DNA of 64,000 nt, from NCBI GenBank assembly GCA_963794325.1, contig CAWCDG010000009.1:114076-178075 (forward strand). The letters run 5' to 3'. The stretch comes from an uncultured delta proteobacterium (GTDB taxonomy: Bacteria; Desulfobacterota; Binatia; Binatales; Binataceae). The position numbers and the translations under genes were made by a program. The notes beneath the pieces are model-generated. The model was not told the DNA's origin. It saw only the letters and a program-made list of their open reading frames with translations, and ran no database searches. This document shows, one piece after another, positions 19,487 to 29,539 of this stretch (position 1 is its first letter; the number at the start of each line of letters is the position of its first letter).

Positions 19487-21460
19487 CTACGCAGAGGCGG
19501 GTTCGTCGAATTTGACCAGGTCGGCGTAAAGCTTTTCGATCTCGCGGCCCAGCCGCTCGTAGCGCGCGATCAGATCGTCCGCGTCTCTGCGCTTGAGGTA
19601 GAAGTTAGGATCGTTCATTTCAGTGGCGAGCGCGGCGCGTTCGTTTTCCTTCTGCTCGATCTCGGCCTCAATCTGTCCACGCTGCCGCGCGATTCGTTCG
19701 CGCTTGCGAGACGCGTCGCGTTCGTCTTTCGCGGGCGGTGCGGCTTTCGCTGATTCGGCTTTCTTTGGATGCGGCGCGATCCCGTTGTTGCCGCGAGCGT
19801 CGCGCAACTGGACTGGCGCGCTGCGCGCAGTCTGCGACGAGGGCGACGGCGTCTCGGTCTGCGCCTTCTTCTCGAGGTACTCGTCGTAATTGCCGAGGTA
19901 GCGAATCGCATGCCCCTGGCCCACTTCGAGCACTTCGGTCACCAGCTCGTTCAGGATGAAGCGATCGTGACTGACTATTATCACGGTGCCGGGAAAGCGG
20001 CGGAGCGCTTCGAGCAGCGTGTCCTTCGCCACGATGTCGAGGTTGTTGGTCGGCTCGTCGAGCAGCAGGCAGTTGCTCGGCCGCGCGAGCACCTTCGCCA
20101 GAGCAAGGCGCGCCCGCTCGCCTCCCGACAACACTTCGACCCGCTTGTACACGTCGTCGCCGGAGAAAAGCATCGCGCCGAGGATCGAGCGAAGCTCACC
20201 CATCGAGAGGCTCTGCGCACTGCCGCTGAGTTCGTCGAGCACGGTCTGGTCGTACGAAAGCGACTCGGCAAGATTCTGTGCGAAGTATCCGGCCTGCACG
20301 CTCGGACCGACGATTCGCTCGCCGCCGGTCATCGACTCGACGCCGGCCAGCAGCTTCATCATCGTGGATTTTCCCGATCCATTGGGACCGACCAGGGCGA
20401 TTCGCGCGCCGCGCTCGATAGTCAGATCGACGCCGTCGTAAACCGTGTGAGCGCCGTAGCGTTTGACCGCGCCTTTGAGTTCGAAAACGCGGCGCGTGCT
20501 GCGTTCGCATTTCGGAAACGAAATCGCCGGCGGTTTCTGCGATCCCTCGGGCGGCTCGAGCCGTTCGAGTTTGTCGAGCTGCTTGATTCTGCTTTGCACG
20601 AGGCGCGCCTTGCTTGCCTGGTAGCGAAAGCGGCTGATGAAGCTCTCCATGTGCTCGATTTCTTCGCGCTGCTTTTCGAACGCCGCCATCTCGAGCGCGA
20701 AGCGTTCCTCGCGCAGCACTAGATATCGCGAGTAGCCGCCGACGTATTCAGTGAGCCGCCCACGCGACACTTCGACTGTGCGCCTGGTCACGCGGTCGAG
20801 AAAATAGCGATCGTGCGAGACGAGGATGATCCCGCCCTGGTACGCGACGAGGTAATCCTCGAGCCAGTTGCGCGCTTCGATATCGAGATGGTTGGTCGGC
20901 TCGTCTAGCATCATGAAGTCGGGTGCGTCGAGCAGGAGTTTTGCCAGCGCGATTCGCATCCGGATGCCGCCGGAGAATTCGCTGACGTCGCGCGCGAGGT
21001 CAGCTTCAGTGAAGCCCAGCCCGAACAGCACCGAGGTGGCGCGGCTTTCGGCGCTGTAGAAGTCGTGATGCTCGAGCTCGGTCAGCACCTCGCCCAATTC
21101 CTCGAGCGCGGCGTCATGCGCCGGCCCGGAATGTTGGTTCGCGAGAATCTGCTCGACTTCCTTGCGGCGCGCATCGAGCGCATTCATCCGATCGAGCGCC
21201 GCGAGCGTCTCGCGCAGCACGGAGCGTCCGCCCATCTCGGGCGCGTCCTGGGCCAGGTATCCGACGCGGGTGCGCTGCGGCCGAGTGATTCTCCCGGAAT
21301 CGAGCGGCAGAACTTCCGCGATCATTTTTAGCAGTGTCGACTTGCCCGCACCGTTCAGGCCGACCAGGCCGACGCGGCCGTCATCGGCCATCGACCAGCT
21401 GACCCCGTCGAGGATCTTGCGGCCCCCGTAGGACTTGGAGAGGTTGTCGAGACTAAGCAT
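19487..21460 (-). CDS. ABC-F family ATP-binding protein
   Basis: Two ABC cassettes (GLNGAGKS, FSGG, LDEPTNHLD; GPNGSGKS, LSGGE, LDEPTNNLD), no transmembrane segments, C-terminal coiled coil. Confidence 0.93.
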   Translation of the reverse strand: MLSLDNLSKSYGGRKILDGVSWSMADDGRVGLVGLNGAGKSTLLKMIAEVLPLDSGRITRPQRTRVGYLAQDAPEMGGRSVLRETLAALDRMNALDARRKEVEQILANQHSGPAHDAALEELGEVLTELEHHDFYSAESRATSVLFGLGFTEADLARDVSEFSGGIRMRIALAKLLLDAPDFMMLDEPTNHLDIEARNWLEDYLVAYQGGIILVSHDRYFLDRVTRRTVEVSRGRLTEYVGGYSRYLVLREERFALEMAAFEKQREEIEHMESFISRFRYQASKARLVQSRIKQLDKLERLEPPEGSQKPPAISFPKCERSTRRVFELKGAVKRYGAHTVYDGVDLTIERGARIALVGPNGSGKSTMMKLLAGVESMTGGERIVGPSVQAGYFAQNLAESLSYDQTVLDELSGSAQSLSMGELRSILGAMLFSGDDVYKRVEVLSGGERARLALAKVLARPSNCLLLDEPTNNLDIVAKDTLLEALRRFPGTVIIVSHDRFILNELVTEVLEVGQGHAIRYLGNYDEYLEKKAQTETPSPSSQTARSAPVQLRDARGNNGIAPHPKKAESAKAAPPAKDERDASRKRERIARQRGQIEAEIEQKENERAALATEMNDPNFYLKRRDADDLIARYERLGREIEKLYADLVKFDEPASA

Positions 21461-21573
21461 GGTGAAAAAAGCCATCTTATCAGCGGCGTTCGCGCGTCGA
21501 AAGCGACCCCCGCGCGCCATGGCGTTCGGGGGGCTTCCTACGTTCCCGACAATGTGTTAGGAAATGTTACACT

Positions 21574-24500
21574 ATGGCAAAATTCGCCCCCGGTTATCCG
21601 CTGCCCAGGAGCGCCGACGAGTTCGAAAGACTCTGTCTAAAGCTCCTGCGGCGTCATTGGCAGCTTCCTCAGCTCGAGCGATTCCGCGATCCGGATCGCG
21701 GCGAAAAGGGGATCAACCTGATCGAGATCAGCGGCCGTCCACGACTCGCCGCCGTCAAGTGCGACCTGCGCGCTTCGCGAAGCGAGTTGACGATCGCCGA
21801 GATCAAGGATGCGGTTGACCGCGCCGCGAGCCTTAAGCTCCCAATCGGACGCTTCGTGATCGCGACCACGGCCGCCAAGCCCGAAGGCTTGCAGCGGTCG
21901 CTGTTCGATCTCAACCGCGCCAACCGCAAGGACGGCATCTCGGCGATCGAAGTCCTGACCTGGGACGATCTCGAGGAACTGCTCGACGAGTATCCTCAAA
22001 TTCTCACCGACTTCGGAACTGCCGCAAAACGCCAGGCGCTGACCCGGGCCGACGCGGTCGTACATCTCGAAGCACGATGCGAACCCTCGGCGCAGGGACC
22101 GTCCGACGCGCTGGGAGAGGAGATTTCGGCCGCCGCGGCACTTCTCGAGAGCCATCAATATCAGCTCGCGCGTCTCGCGCTGCTCCGGTTGCGCGAGCAG
22201 AAGTGGAGCCAGCTCTCGAACCTGCACAAGTTCCGGGTGCTCTCGTATCTCGGCGCCGCGTGGTTGAAGGAAGGCGAGCCGCGCAAATCCGCGATGCTGT
22301 TTATCGCGGCGAAATCGCTGCAGCCCGACGAAGAGAACGCGTGCACCAACGAGGCGCTCGCGCATGAACTGCTCGGCGAGCGGGAACGCGCTTTTGCGCT
22401 GGCGGACAAGCTGCGGATGCAGTTTCCGTCCAGCGGCCGCGCGGTCGCGCTGTGGCTGAACAATGCGCCCAAGTCGTATGACGCGCGCTCGCTCGAGGAG
22501 AACGTCGCGCCTGAGCTCTCATCTGATCCTGAAGTTGCGGTCGTGATGGCGCGCCGCGCGTTGCTCGACGCGCACTTCGATCGCGCCGAACGTTATGCGC
22601 GCCTCGCCAGCGCCGCGCTACCGAACAACTCGATCCCGTGGCTGGTTCTCGGACAGGCGATTTTGCTCAATGAGCTCGAAATGGCCGGCGAGGGCACCAT
22701 CGATACGCCCGCGCAAAGCGACGAGGGCCGCATCCGCGAATCTGAAACTTGCTTCACGCAGGCGCTGACCCTCGCGCAGGCGGAACACCAGGCATCGAGC
22801 GAAGTGCAGGCACTGATCGGACGCGCGCAGGCCCGAATCGCGCTGCGCGACACTGACGGCGCCGGCAAGGATATCGAGCAGGCGCATAGCCTCGAGCGCG
22901 AAGATGCCAACGGGCTCTGCGAGTACGGAATCGTGCTGCGATCGCGCGGCAGCCTGACCGAGGCAATCGAAGTGCTGCGGCGCGCCGCTGCGGTCGGCGG
23001 CCGCGACGACATCGACTACCATCTCGCAGTCACGCTCCGCGAGCGCGACGAACCCGGCGATTTGCAGGAGGCCACCGAGCTGCTGATGCGCTCGATCGCG
23101 CGGCCGGACGCGATTCCCGCCGGCGATTTTCCGTTCGCGGTGGCGGCCGCGGTCGAAGCTCTTGCCACCGCCGAGCGCTATCACGATGCCGACGCGCTGC
23201 TCACTTCGATTCCCGAGGGACGCCTGCATGCGGTGACGATGCGCACGCTTCGCGCCAATCTGCGATTGTCGCAGGGCAAGTTCGATCAAGCGTCGAAGCT
23301 GGCCGACGAGGCGCTGTCTGGGCTGACGCCGGATATCGGCGCTGACAATCGGCGCAAGCTGGCCGCGCTGCTGCACGATCTGGGGCGCTATCGCGATGCG
23401 CTGCCGCTGTGGCAAACGCTCGCGCCGGCCGGCACTGCCGGCACCGATACACGCCGGCTGCTGGATTGCGCCAGCCGTCTCGGCCGCGAAGATATCGTGG
23501 ACGACATCACGCGACAGTTGCATCCCGAAAAACTTGCCGATGCGGGCACCGCCGCCGATCAGCTCGACAAACTTGAACGCAATGATCCCGAAGCCGCGCT
23601 GCTCCAACTCGAAGAGATGCTCAGTGCGCATCCCGACGACCGCGTGCTGAAGCTGCGACGCTCGATCGTCGCGGCTCGGCTGGGCAAGGCGGATTTGGTC
23701 GTCGCCGATCCGAATGCGATGCCGCCGGCGCGGGAAATTCCGCCTGCGCTCGGCCGCGCCGCCGTGCAATTCATGCGCGACGGCGGCCGCGCCAACGAGG
23801 CGGTCGCGTATGCATATGAATTGCTGCGGCGTCAGGGCGGCAGCGTCGATGCGCATCGCGCGTACCTCGCCGCGCTCGGACCGATTGGCCCGATGCCCCA
23901 CGTGCCCGACTACGATATGGCTGCGCCCGGATGCGCGCTCAGTTTCGTCGAAGAGGGTTCCAACACCGATAAGTGGGTTATGCTGGAGGAAGCCAACGAC
24001 GCCGACGAGGCGCTCGACGAGTACGGCCCGCAACATCCTCTGACCAAGGCGGTCAAGGGCAAGAAGGCCGGTGAGAAGTTCCAGCTCCCCGAGGGCCGCT
24101 TTAGCCGCCGCCAGGCCACCGTCAAGCAGATGATCAGCAAGTACGCCTATCGCTACATGGACGTGCTCATCAATTGGCAGGCGCGTTTCCCCGGCGAAGC
24201 CGAAATCGAAATGAGCTACGGGCGCGCCGAGGCAATTCCATGGAGCGAGATGACTGACAGCTTCGACGCGATGTTCGAGGCGAGCATCGTCAATGGAAAC
24301 GGGAACGGCAACGGCAACGGCGTCGTCAACGGCAAAGCCAATGGAATCGCCAACGGTCACGCCAATGGCGTCAACGGAAAGCGCGAGGACGGTCTCAAGC
24401 AGGCCGAGCGCACCTACGCCAACAACTCGATTCCGATTCATGCGGTGGCAGAGCGCCTTAACCTGAACGATCTGCAGACCGTGTTTATCCTTGCGCAGCG

Positions 24501-25500
24501 GCCTGAGGCGCCGCTGAAGTGCTGCACCGGATCGCCGGACGAGCTCGAGGCGGCTCTGGGAGCCTTCGAGCGCGCCAACGCCGTGGTGCTCGATCTGACC
24601 GCAATCGCGACCCTGTGCATGCTCGGGCGGCTGAGCCTGCTGCCCACATGGCCGCGTCAGTTCGTCATCTCGCAGTCCACCCTCGCCGAACTTCGGCGTC
24701 TGGCGTTCGAGGACACTCTCCTGCGCCTGCCGCCCGGATTCTCCGCCTCGATCACCGGCAGCGCCAACGACGGCAAGCGCGCCGACGTTCAGTTGAAGGG
24801 GCTCGCCGATGCGTTGCAGTCGGTGTGCCGCGTGCGCGACGGCGCCGCACTCGCTTCGATCGATCCTGAACGCCGCGATCGGTTGGTCAAGTTCTTTGGC
24901 CGTCACGGCGCCGAGAGCATCGTGATCGCTTCGATGCCGGGACACGTGTTGTGGACCGACGACATGATCCTTGCCGACCTTGCCAAGACCGAATTCGGTG
25001 TGCGGCGCGTGTGGACCGAGGCCGCGCTGCAGGCACGCGCGCAGGCGGGCAATCTCGATCCGGCTGAACTGGCCACGGCCAGCACCAAGCTCGCGGGATG
25101 GGGCTACTCGTTCACGACCCCGAGCATCGAGACGCTGATGCGCGCGGGCTCGGTCGCAGTGTGGAATCCCGATCAGTTCCCGCTCAAGCAGGCAATCGAT
25201 CAGCTCGCATCCGAATCGATGAACATGTCTGATGCGGTGCGGCTGGCGGCGGAGTTGATCGTAAAGATGTACAACGACCAGTATTTGCGCGGGCAGCGCC
25301 GCACGGTGACGTCGCGGCTGCTCGACCGGCTTGCGATGCGCCCCGGCGGACGCGATGCGATCGAGGTGTTGCCGCGTTCCTTGCCGATTCGCTTCGGCCT
25401 CGATCTGATTCGAGCGCGCGAGCTGAGTGACGTCGTGCGGGGATGGACCGCTTCCCAGGGTGAGGGACAGCAGGCCGAGCGCCTGATGGCTGGTCGCTGA
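21574..25500 (+). CDS. large multidomain protein: degenerate restriction-endonuclease-like N-terminus, TPR repeats, GreA/GreB-C-like domain, PIN domain
   Basis: DEFERLCLKLLRRHW N-terminus; TPR-like helices; HPLTKAVKGKKAGEKFQL; VVLDLTAI...LWTDDMILA. Confidence 0.75.
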   Translation: MAKFAPGYPLPRSADEFERLCLKLLRRHWQLPQLERFRDPDRGEKGINLIEISGRPRLAAVKCDLRASRSELTIAEIKDAVDRAASLKLPIGRFVIATTAAKPEGLQRSLFDLNRANRKDGISAIEVLTWDDLEELLDEYPQILTDFGTAAKRQALTRADAVVHLEARCEPSAQGPSDALGEEISAAAALLESHQYQLARLALLRLREQKWSQLSNLHKFRVLSYLGAAWLKEGEPRKSAMLFIAAKSLQPDEENACTNEALAHELLGERERAFALADKLRMQFPSSGRAVALWLNNAPKSYDARSLEENVAPELSSDPEVAVVMARRALLDAHFDRAERYARLASAALPNNSIPWLVLGQAILLNELEMAGEGTIDTPAQSDEGRIRESETCFTQALTLAQAEHQASSEVQALIGRAQARIALRDTDGAGKDIEQAHSLEREDANGLCEYGIVLRSRGSLTEAIEVLRRAAAVGGRDDIDYHLAVTLRERDEPGDLQEATELLMRSIARPDAIPAGDFPFAVAAAVEALATAERYHDADALLTSIPEGRLHAVTMRTLRANLRLSQGKFDQASKLADEALSGLTPDIGADNRRKLAALLHDLGRYRDALPLWQTLAPAGTAGTDTRRLLDCASRLGREDIVDDITRQLHPEKLADAGTAADQLDKLERNDPEAALLQLEEMLSAHPDDRVLKLRRSIVAARLGKADLVVADPNAMPPAREIPPALGRAAVQFMRDGGRANEAVAYAYELLRRQGGSVDAHRAYLAALGPIGPMPHVPDYDMAAPGCALSFVEEGSNTDKWVMLEEANDADEALDEYGPQHPLTKAVKGKKAGEKFQLPEGRFSRRQATVKQMISKYAYRYMDVLINWQARFPGEAEIEMSYGRAEAIPWSEMTDSFDAMFEASIVNGNGNGNGNGVVNGKANGIANGHANGVNGKREDGLKQAERTYANNSIPIHAVAERLNLNDLQTVFILAQRPEAPLKCCTGSPDELEAALGAFERANAVVLDLTAIATLCMLGRLSLLPTWPRQFVISQSTLAELRRLAFEDTLLRLPPGFSASITGSANDGKRADVQLKGLADALQSVCRVRDGAALASIDPERRDRLVKFFGRHGAESIVIASMPGHVLWTDDMILADLAKTEFGVRRVWTEAALQARAQAGNLDPAELATASTKLAGWGYSFTTPSIETLMRAGSVAVWNPDQFPLKQAIDQLASESMNMSDAVRLAAELIVKMYNDQYLRGQRRTVTSRLLDRLAMRPGGRDAIEVLPRSLPIRFGLDLIRARELSDVVRGWTASQGEGQQAERLMAGR

Positions 25501-25623
25501 TCTGGGGCGCAGATGGATCCGGTGGTGGGTCGCATGCCCACTACCGTCGATCCTGGCGCGTCGTGTTAGCCTTCGCGATCGAGTAGAATCCCGTCGGGGA
25601 CACGCCCACAGGAGGAACGCACG

Positions 25624-25965
25624 ATGGCGGCAATCGCCGAAGGGGACCGGATCGTCCTAATCGATCGCAGGCTCTTCAAGGACGACAACACTCGAATTTT
25701 CGTGGGCATCGTCGAGACGACCGACGGCTCGCTGGTTCGCGCCCGCGGCTTTGTCTTTCACGTCAGCTCCTACGAGGTTGCCGGCCAGGAACGCCGCGGC
25801 GAAGAGCGCGTGCGCGTATTCTCGATGGGCAGCGGGGACATCGTGTACCTGTTGCCGCATGGACAGGACATCTCGCGGCTGATGCTCAAGCGTTCGCCCA
25901 AGTCGATGACGCTGAGCGACGGGCAATACGCGATGGACCTGAGCGACTTCCTGCTTCGGGCGTAA
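25624..25965 (+). CDS. hypothetical protein
   Basis: Strong aggagg RBS, 113 aa, host-like codon use. Confidence 0.7.
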   Translation: MAAIAEGDRIVLIDRRLFKDDNTRIFVGIVETTDGSLVRARGFVFHVSSYEVAGQERRGEERVRVFSMGSGDIVYLLPHGQDISRLMLKRSPKSMTLSDGQYAMDLSDFLLRA

Positions 25966-26301
25966 CGCAGCGTCCTATCGATACTTGACCTTCTCGCGAA
26001 GCGATAGCCTTCGCCGGGAATGGCTTGCGGATCCAGGCCTCCAATGCTTGAGCCCTCTATGGTTCTCTCTCGAACCGCTACTTTTAGTGCTTCAAATGAC
26101 TAATTGCAGGACTTTCGCGATAGCTATTAGATCTCGTCAAATGTAATTCTTAATGGCCGGGATCGACATACGAATCGAGCCCGAATTGATCCAGCCCCAA
26201 CGGCGGTTCTTCCACTCGCCTTAGACCGCGTTCCGCTAGACCAACCATAAGTCCGATCTATAAGGCTTGAGTAAGCGGAGTCGATCCCGCGAGGGTGTCT
26301 T

Positions 26302-26703
26302 GTGCAAGTATCGCTCGAGCCGAAAAAGAAGTTGTCTTCCACGATAGCACGGATCACGGTGGCCGTCGCGTTTGCCTTGGTGATTGGCAGCTTCGGAACA
26401 GGAACTGCTCACGCCGGCCACGGTCACGACGGCGATCATCGCGGTGGCGGTAGCTATCACAGAGGTGGCGGCTACCACGGAGGCGGCGTCTATCACAGAG
26501 GCGGCGGCTACCACGGAGGCGGCTACTACGGACGCGGCCGCTACTGGGGAGGCGGTGGCGGATACTGGGGCTGTGGCGGATACTGGGGATGTCGCGCAGG
26601 CTATCCCAACTACTACGACGCACCTTCACCTTATTATTATGGCGCGGGGCCTGAGTATTCCTATCCGCCGCCCCGGGGCGCCCGCCTTTTCTTTGGACTC
26701 TAA
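26302..26703 (+). CDS. secreted Gly/Tyr/His-rich protein
   Basis: Signal peptide; YH(R)GGG tandem repeats; Tyr/Pro-rich tail. Confidence 0.6.
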   Translation: MQVSLEPKKKLSSTIARITVAVAFALVIGSFGTGTAHAGHGHDGDHRGGGSYHRGGGYHGGGVYHRGGGYHGGGYYGRGRYWGGGGGYWGCGGYWGCRAGYPNYYDAPSPYYYGAGPEYSYPPPRGARLFFGL

Positions 26704-26796
26704 TAGCGCACAAAACAAGCGAGCGTCCAAAATTGCGTACGCGCGGCACTCTCGCGGGCATCAAAGTAACTATCTGGAGATCGCAGGTAGGCGGAA

Positions 26797-26877
26797 ATGA
26801 AATATGGAATCGCATGGCTATTGGGAGTTCCCGTATCAGTCTTGGTGATCTGGTTCGTGCTCAGTCATGTACTTTGA
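26797..26877 (+). CDS. 26-aa single-TM small protein
   Basis: MKYGIAWLLGVPVSVLVIWFVLSHVL*, below the ORF track cut-off, aggtaggcgg upstream. Confidence 0.55.
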   Translation: MKYGIAWLLGVPVSVLVIWFVLSHVL

Positions 26878-26936
26878 AATATAGATAGCGGGCGACATTC
26901 ATCGTCGAAAACGAAATTGTATTGAGTTTGAACAAA

Positions 26937-27143
26937 ATGGCAAAGCTGACCACTAAGGCTCGAAAGAAAATCCCTGCCAAAGAGTTTGGAGAACCGGCGA
27001 ACCGCGCGTACCCAGTGCCGGATAAGGCTCATGCCGCCAATGCTAAGGCTCGCGCCACTCAGATGGTAAAGAAAGGCAAACTATCGGAAGCGGAAAAAAA
27101 GAAGATCGACGCCAAAGCAAACAAACTTCTAGGAACTACGTGA
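26937..27143 (+). CDS. small basic protein (DUF6582-like)
   Basis: MAKLTTKARKKIPAKEFG..RAYPVPDKAHAANAKARA. Confidence 0.7.
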   Translation: MAKLTTKARKKIPAKEFGEPANRAYPVPDKAHAANAKARATQMVKKGKLSEAEKKKIDAKANKLLGTT

Positions 27144-27223
27144 CCGCCGGCAGAGCTGTTCAAGAAATAATTTCGTCCGTCCGCTTCTGTTGAGTTCTCG
27201 CCAACTCAGGTAGGTTTGCCGGA

Positions 27224-28558
27224 ATGGCAAAAAAAGCTTCCACCGGCGGAGCACGTTCGACCGCGTCGGCGAAGTGGGCGTCGCCCTATCTCTCGAGACT
27301 GCTATCCAAACTTTATCGCGGCTTCCAGAAACTGGGGCCGGGCATCGTAACCGGCGCTGCCGATGACGATCCCAGCGGCATCGCGACCTATTCGCAAGTC
27401 GGCGCCCAGTTCGGATTCGCGATGCTATGGACGATGCTTGTCAGCTACCCGCTGATGGCTGGGATCCAGGAAATCAGCGCATGGATCGGGCGGGTTACCG
27501 GCGCAGGTCTGGCAGGCAACATCCGCCGCCACTACTCACCCGTAGTTCTCTATCCCCTGGTCGGCCTCTTGTTGATCGCCAACATGATCAACTTAGGCGC
27601 CGATATAGGAGCCATGGGAAGCGCGCTGCAATTGGTGGCAGGCGGACCCGCGCTTTTGTATAGCATCCTTTTTGGAGTGATTTCGGTGATAGCTGCTATC
27701 GCCTTCCCCTACAAGCGATATGCTGAATACTTGAAGTGGTCGACACTGGTACTGTTCGTATACGCTGCCACGGCCCTTGTAGTTCGATTTCCCCTGATGC
27801 CCGTACTGATGGGGACGTTTATTCCATCGCTGTCGTTTTCGAGTGGCTACCTGACTGCGCTAACTGCCGTCTTTGGAACTACGATAAGTCCCTATCTCTT
27901 CTTCTGGCAGGCCTCAGTAGAAGTGGCGGAACAAAAGGCCGCGCCACGCGAAAAGCCGCTCAAGCACGCGCCCAAACAGGCACCCGCGCAACTCGAGCGG
28001 ATGCGAAGCGGTACATACCTGGGGATGGCATTTTCCAACATTATCGCCTTCTTTATCATCCTCGACACCGGAGCCGTCCTGCACGCTCACGGTATCACCA
28101 ACATTCAGACCGGAGCACAAGCGGCAGAAGCGCTCCGGCCGCTCGCGGGTGAGTTGGCCTTTCTGCTCTTCAGCATAGGTATCATCGGAACGGGTTTGAT
28201 AGCTATTCCGGTTTTAGCCGGATCTTCAGCCTACGCGCTAGCCGAAGCTCTTAAATGGCCGATAGGACTCGAGCGCAGGTTGAACCGGGCAAAGGGATTT
28301 TATGGAATTCTCGCCGTGGCCACGATTATAGGAGTCGCGCTGAATTTTACAGGACTGAATCCTATAAAGGCACTCTTCTGGAGCGCAGTGATCAATGGAG
28401 TAGCAGCAGTTCCTATCATGATCGTGATGATGCTGATGACCACCAACAAAAAGATCACGGGGGGCCTGAAGCTACCCACTCTTCAGAGCGTCATAGGATG
28501 GGTAGCTACCGGCGTGATGTTCGCCGTCGCAGCCTGTATGCTCGCGACACTTATCTAG
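27224..28558 (+). CDS. NRAMP-family divalent metal cation transporter
   Basis: LGPGIVTGAADDDPSGIATYSQ, GTTISPYLFFWQ, multiple TM helices. Confidence 0.9.
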   Translation: MAKKASTGGARSTASAKWASPYLSRLLSKLYRGFQKLGPGIVTGAADDDPSGIATYSQVGAQFGFAMLWTMLVSYPLMAGIQEISAWIGRVTGAGLAGNIRRHYSPVVLYPLVGLLLIANMINLGADIGAMGSALQLVAGGPALLYSILFGVISVIAAIAFPYKRYAEYLKWSTLVLFVYAATALVVRFPLMPVLMGTFIPSLSFSSGYLTALTAVFGTTISPYLFFWQASVEVAEQKAAPREKPLKHAPKQAPAQLERMRSGTYLGMAFSNIIAFFIILDTGAVLHAHGITNIQTGAQAAEALRPLAGELAFLLFSIGIIGTGLIAIPVLAGSSAYALAEALKWPIGLERRLNRAKGFYGILAVATIIGVALNFTGLNPIKALFWSAVINGVAAVPIMIVMMLMTTNKKITGGLKLPTLQSVIGWVATGVMFAVAACMLATLI

Positions 28559-28564
28559 GACGGG

Positions 28565-29470
28565 CTACAGCTTCTCGACGAATTCGATAATGGCGGCCGC
28601 GGTGTCGCCCGGATTGTCCAGCGGTACGTGATGGAACGCGCGGGGAATTTCCTTTATCACCGACCCTCGAATCTTGCGATGCATCCGGGCGACGTGCGAC
28701 GCGCTCACCAGAGCGCTCTGATCGCCGCGGAGCAGCAGTGTCGGCATTTTGATCTGCCCGATCTTCGGCCGCGTCATCTTGTGCCCGTGCTTGCGCCACG
28801 CCCGCGTTTCCGGATCGAAGCGAAACGCCCACGATCCAGTGGGTAGTTGCTCGGCGCCCAGCAGCGCCAGCCGCTCGACTTCCAGCCGCGTCATGGTTGT
28901 ATCCGGCGGCTGCAGGCGAAACTTCTTTATGATGTCGGCGGCCGAGCGAAGCTCCGGGCGAACCCCTCCATGCGAGCGCCGGCGCCATCGCCACATCAGG
29001 CGGCGAAACAGCGGCGGCGGTCCATGCGGCGCATCGACGATTATCAACGCCTCGAGCAAATCCGGATGCGTGACCGCGACCCACTGCGCGACCGCGCCGC
29101 CCATCGAATGTCCGACGAGGATCACCCGCGTGCCGAGGCTCTCGATCAGGCCGCGAACGTCATTCAGATACGCGCCTGGTCCGTAAGCTCCCGATTTCTC
29201 CCATTGGCTGCGGCCGTGCCCGCGAAAATCGAGCGCGAGCACGCGCCCGTAAGGCGTCAACAGTGGACCGACGCCGTCCCACCAGTGAACGTGCGCCGCA
29301 CCGCCGTGCAGCAGTACGAAAGTGTGTTTGTCGGAATCGCCGCCCCAGTCCAGATAGTGAAGCTTGAGTCCCTCAACCTCGACGTACCGATGGGTCGGCT
29401 CCGCGATCGCGGTAGCCGCTTGCTGTTGTGCCATAACCTGCGATTCTATTCGACGCGCGATGGTGAGCAT
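28565..29470 (-). CDS. alpha/beta fold hydrolase
   Basis: LLHGG, DFRGHGRS, GHSMGG nucleophile motif, HHVPLDNP. Confidence 0.9.
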   Translation of the reverse strand: MLTIARRIESQVMAQQQAATAIAEPTHRYVEVEGLKLHYLDWGGDSDKHTFVLLHGGAAHVHWWDGVGPLLTPYGRVLALDFRGHGRSQWEKSGAYGPGAYLNDVRGLIESLGTRVILVGHSMGGAVAQWVAVTHPDLLEALIIVDAPHGPPPLFRRLMWRWRRRSHGGVRPELRSAADIIKKFRLQPPDTTMTRLEVERLALLGAEQLPTGSWAFRFDPETRAWRKHGHKMTRPKIGQIKMPTLLLRGDQSALVSASHVARMHRKIRGSVIKEIPRAFHHVPLDNPGDTAAAIIEFVEKL

Positions 29471-29539
29471 AGATTTTCATGCGCGGCTCGTCGTGCTAAC
29501 AACCGCAGCAGCACAGAGAGCTCCAGGGAGCACTTTTCG

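Noticed and set aside
26440-26600. Short tandem repeats as a possible CRISPR array
   Set aside because: They are in-frame codon repeats (YHRGGG) without unique spacers, and no cas genes are present
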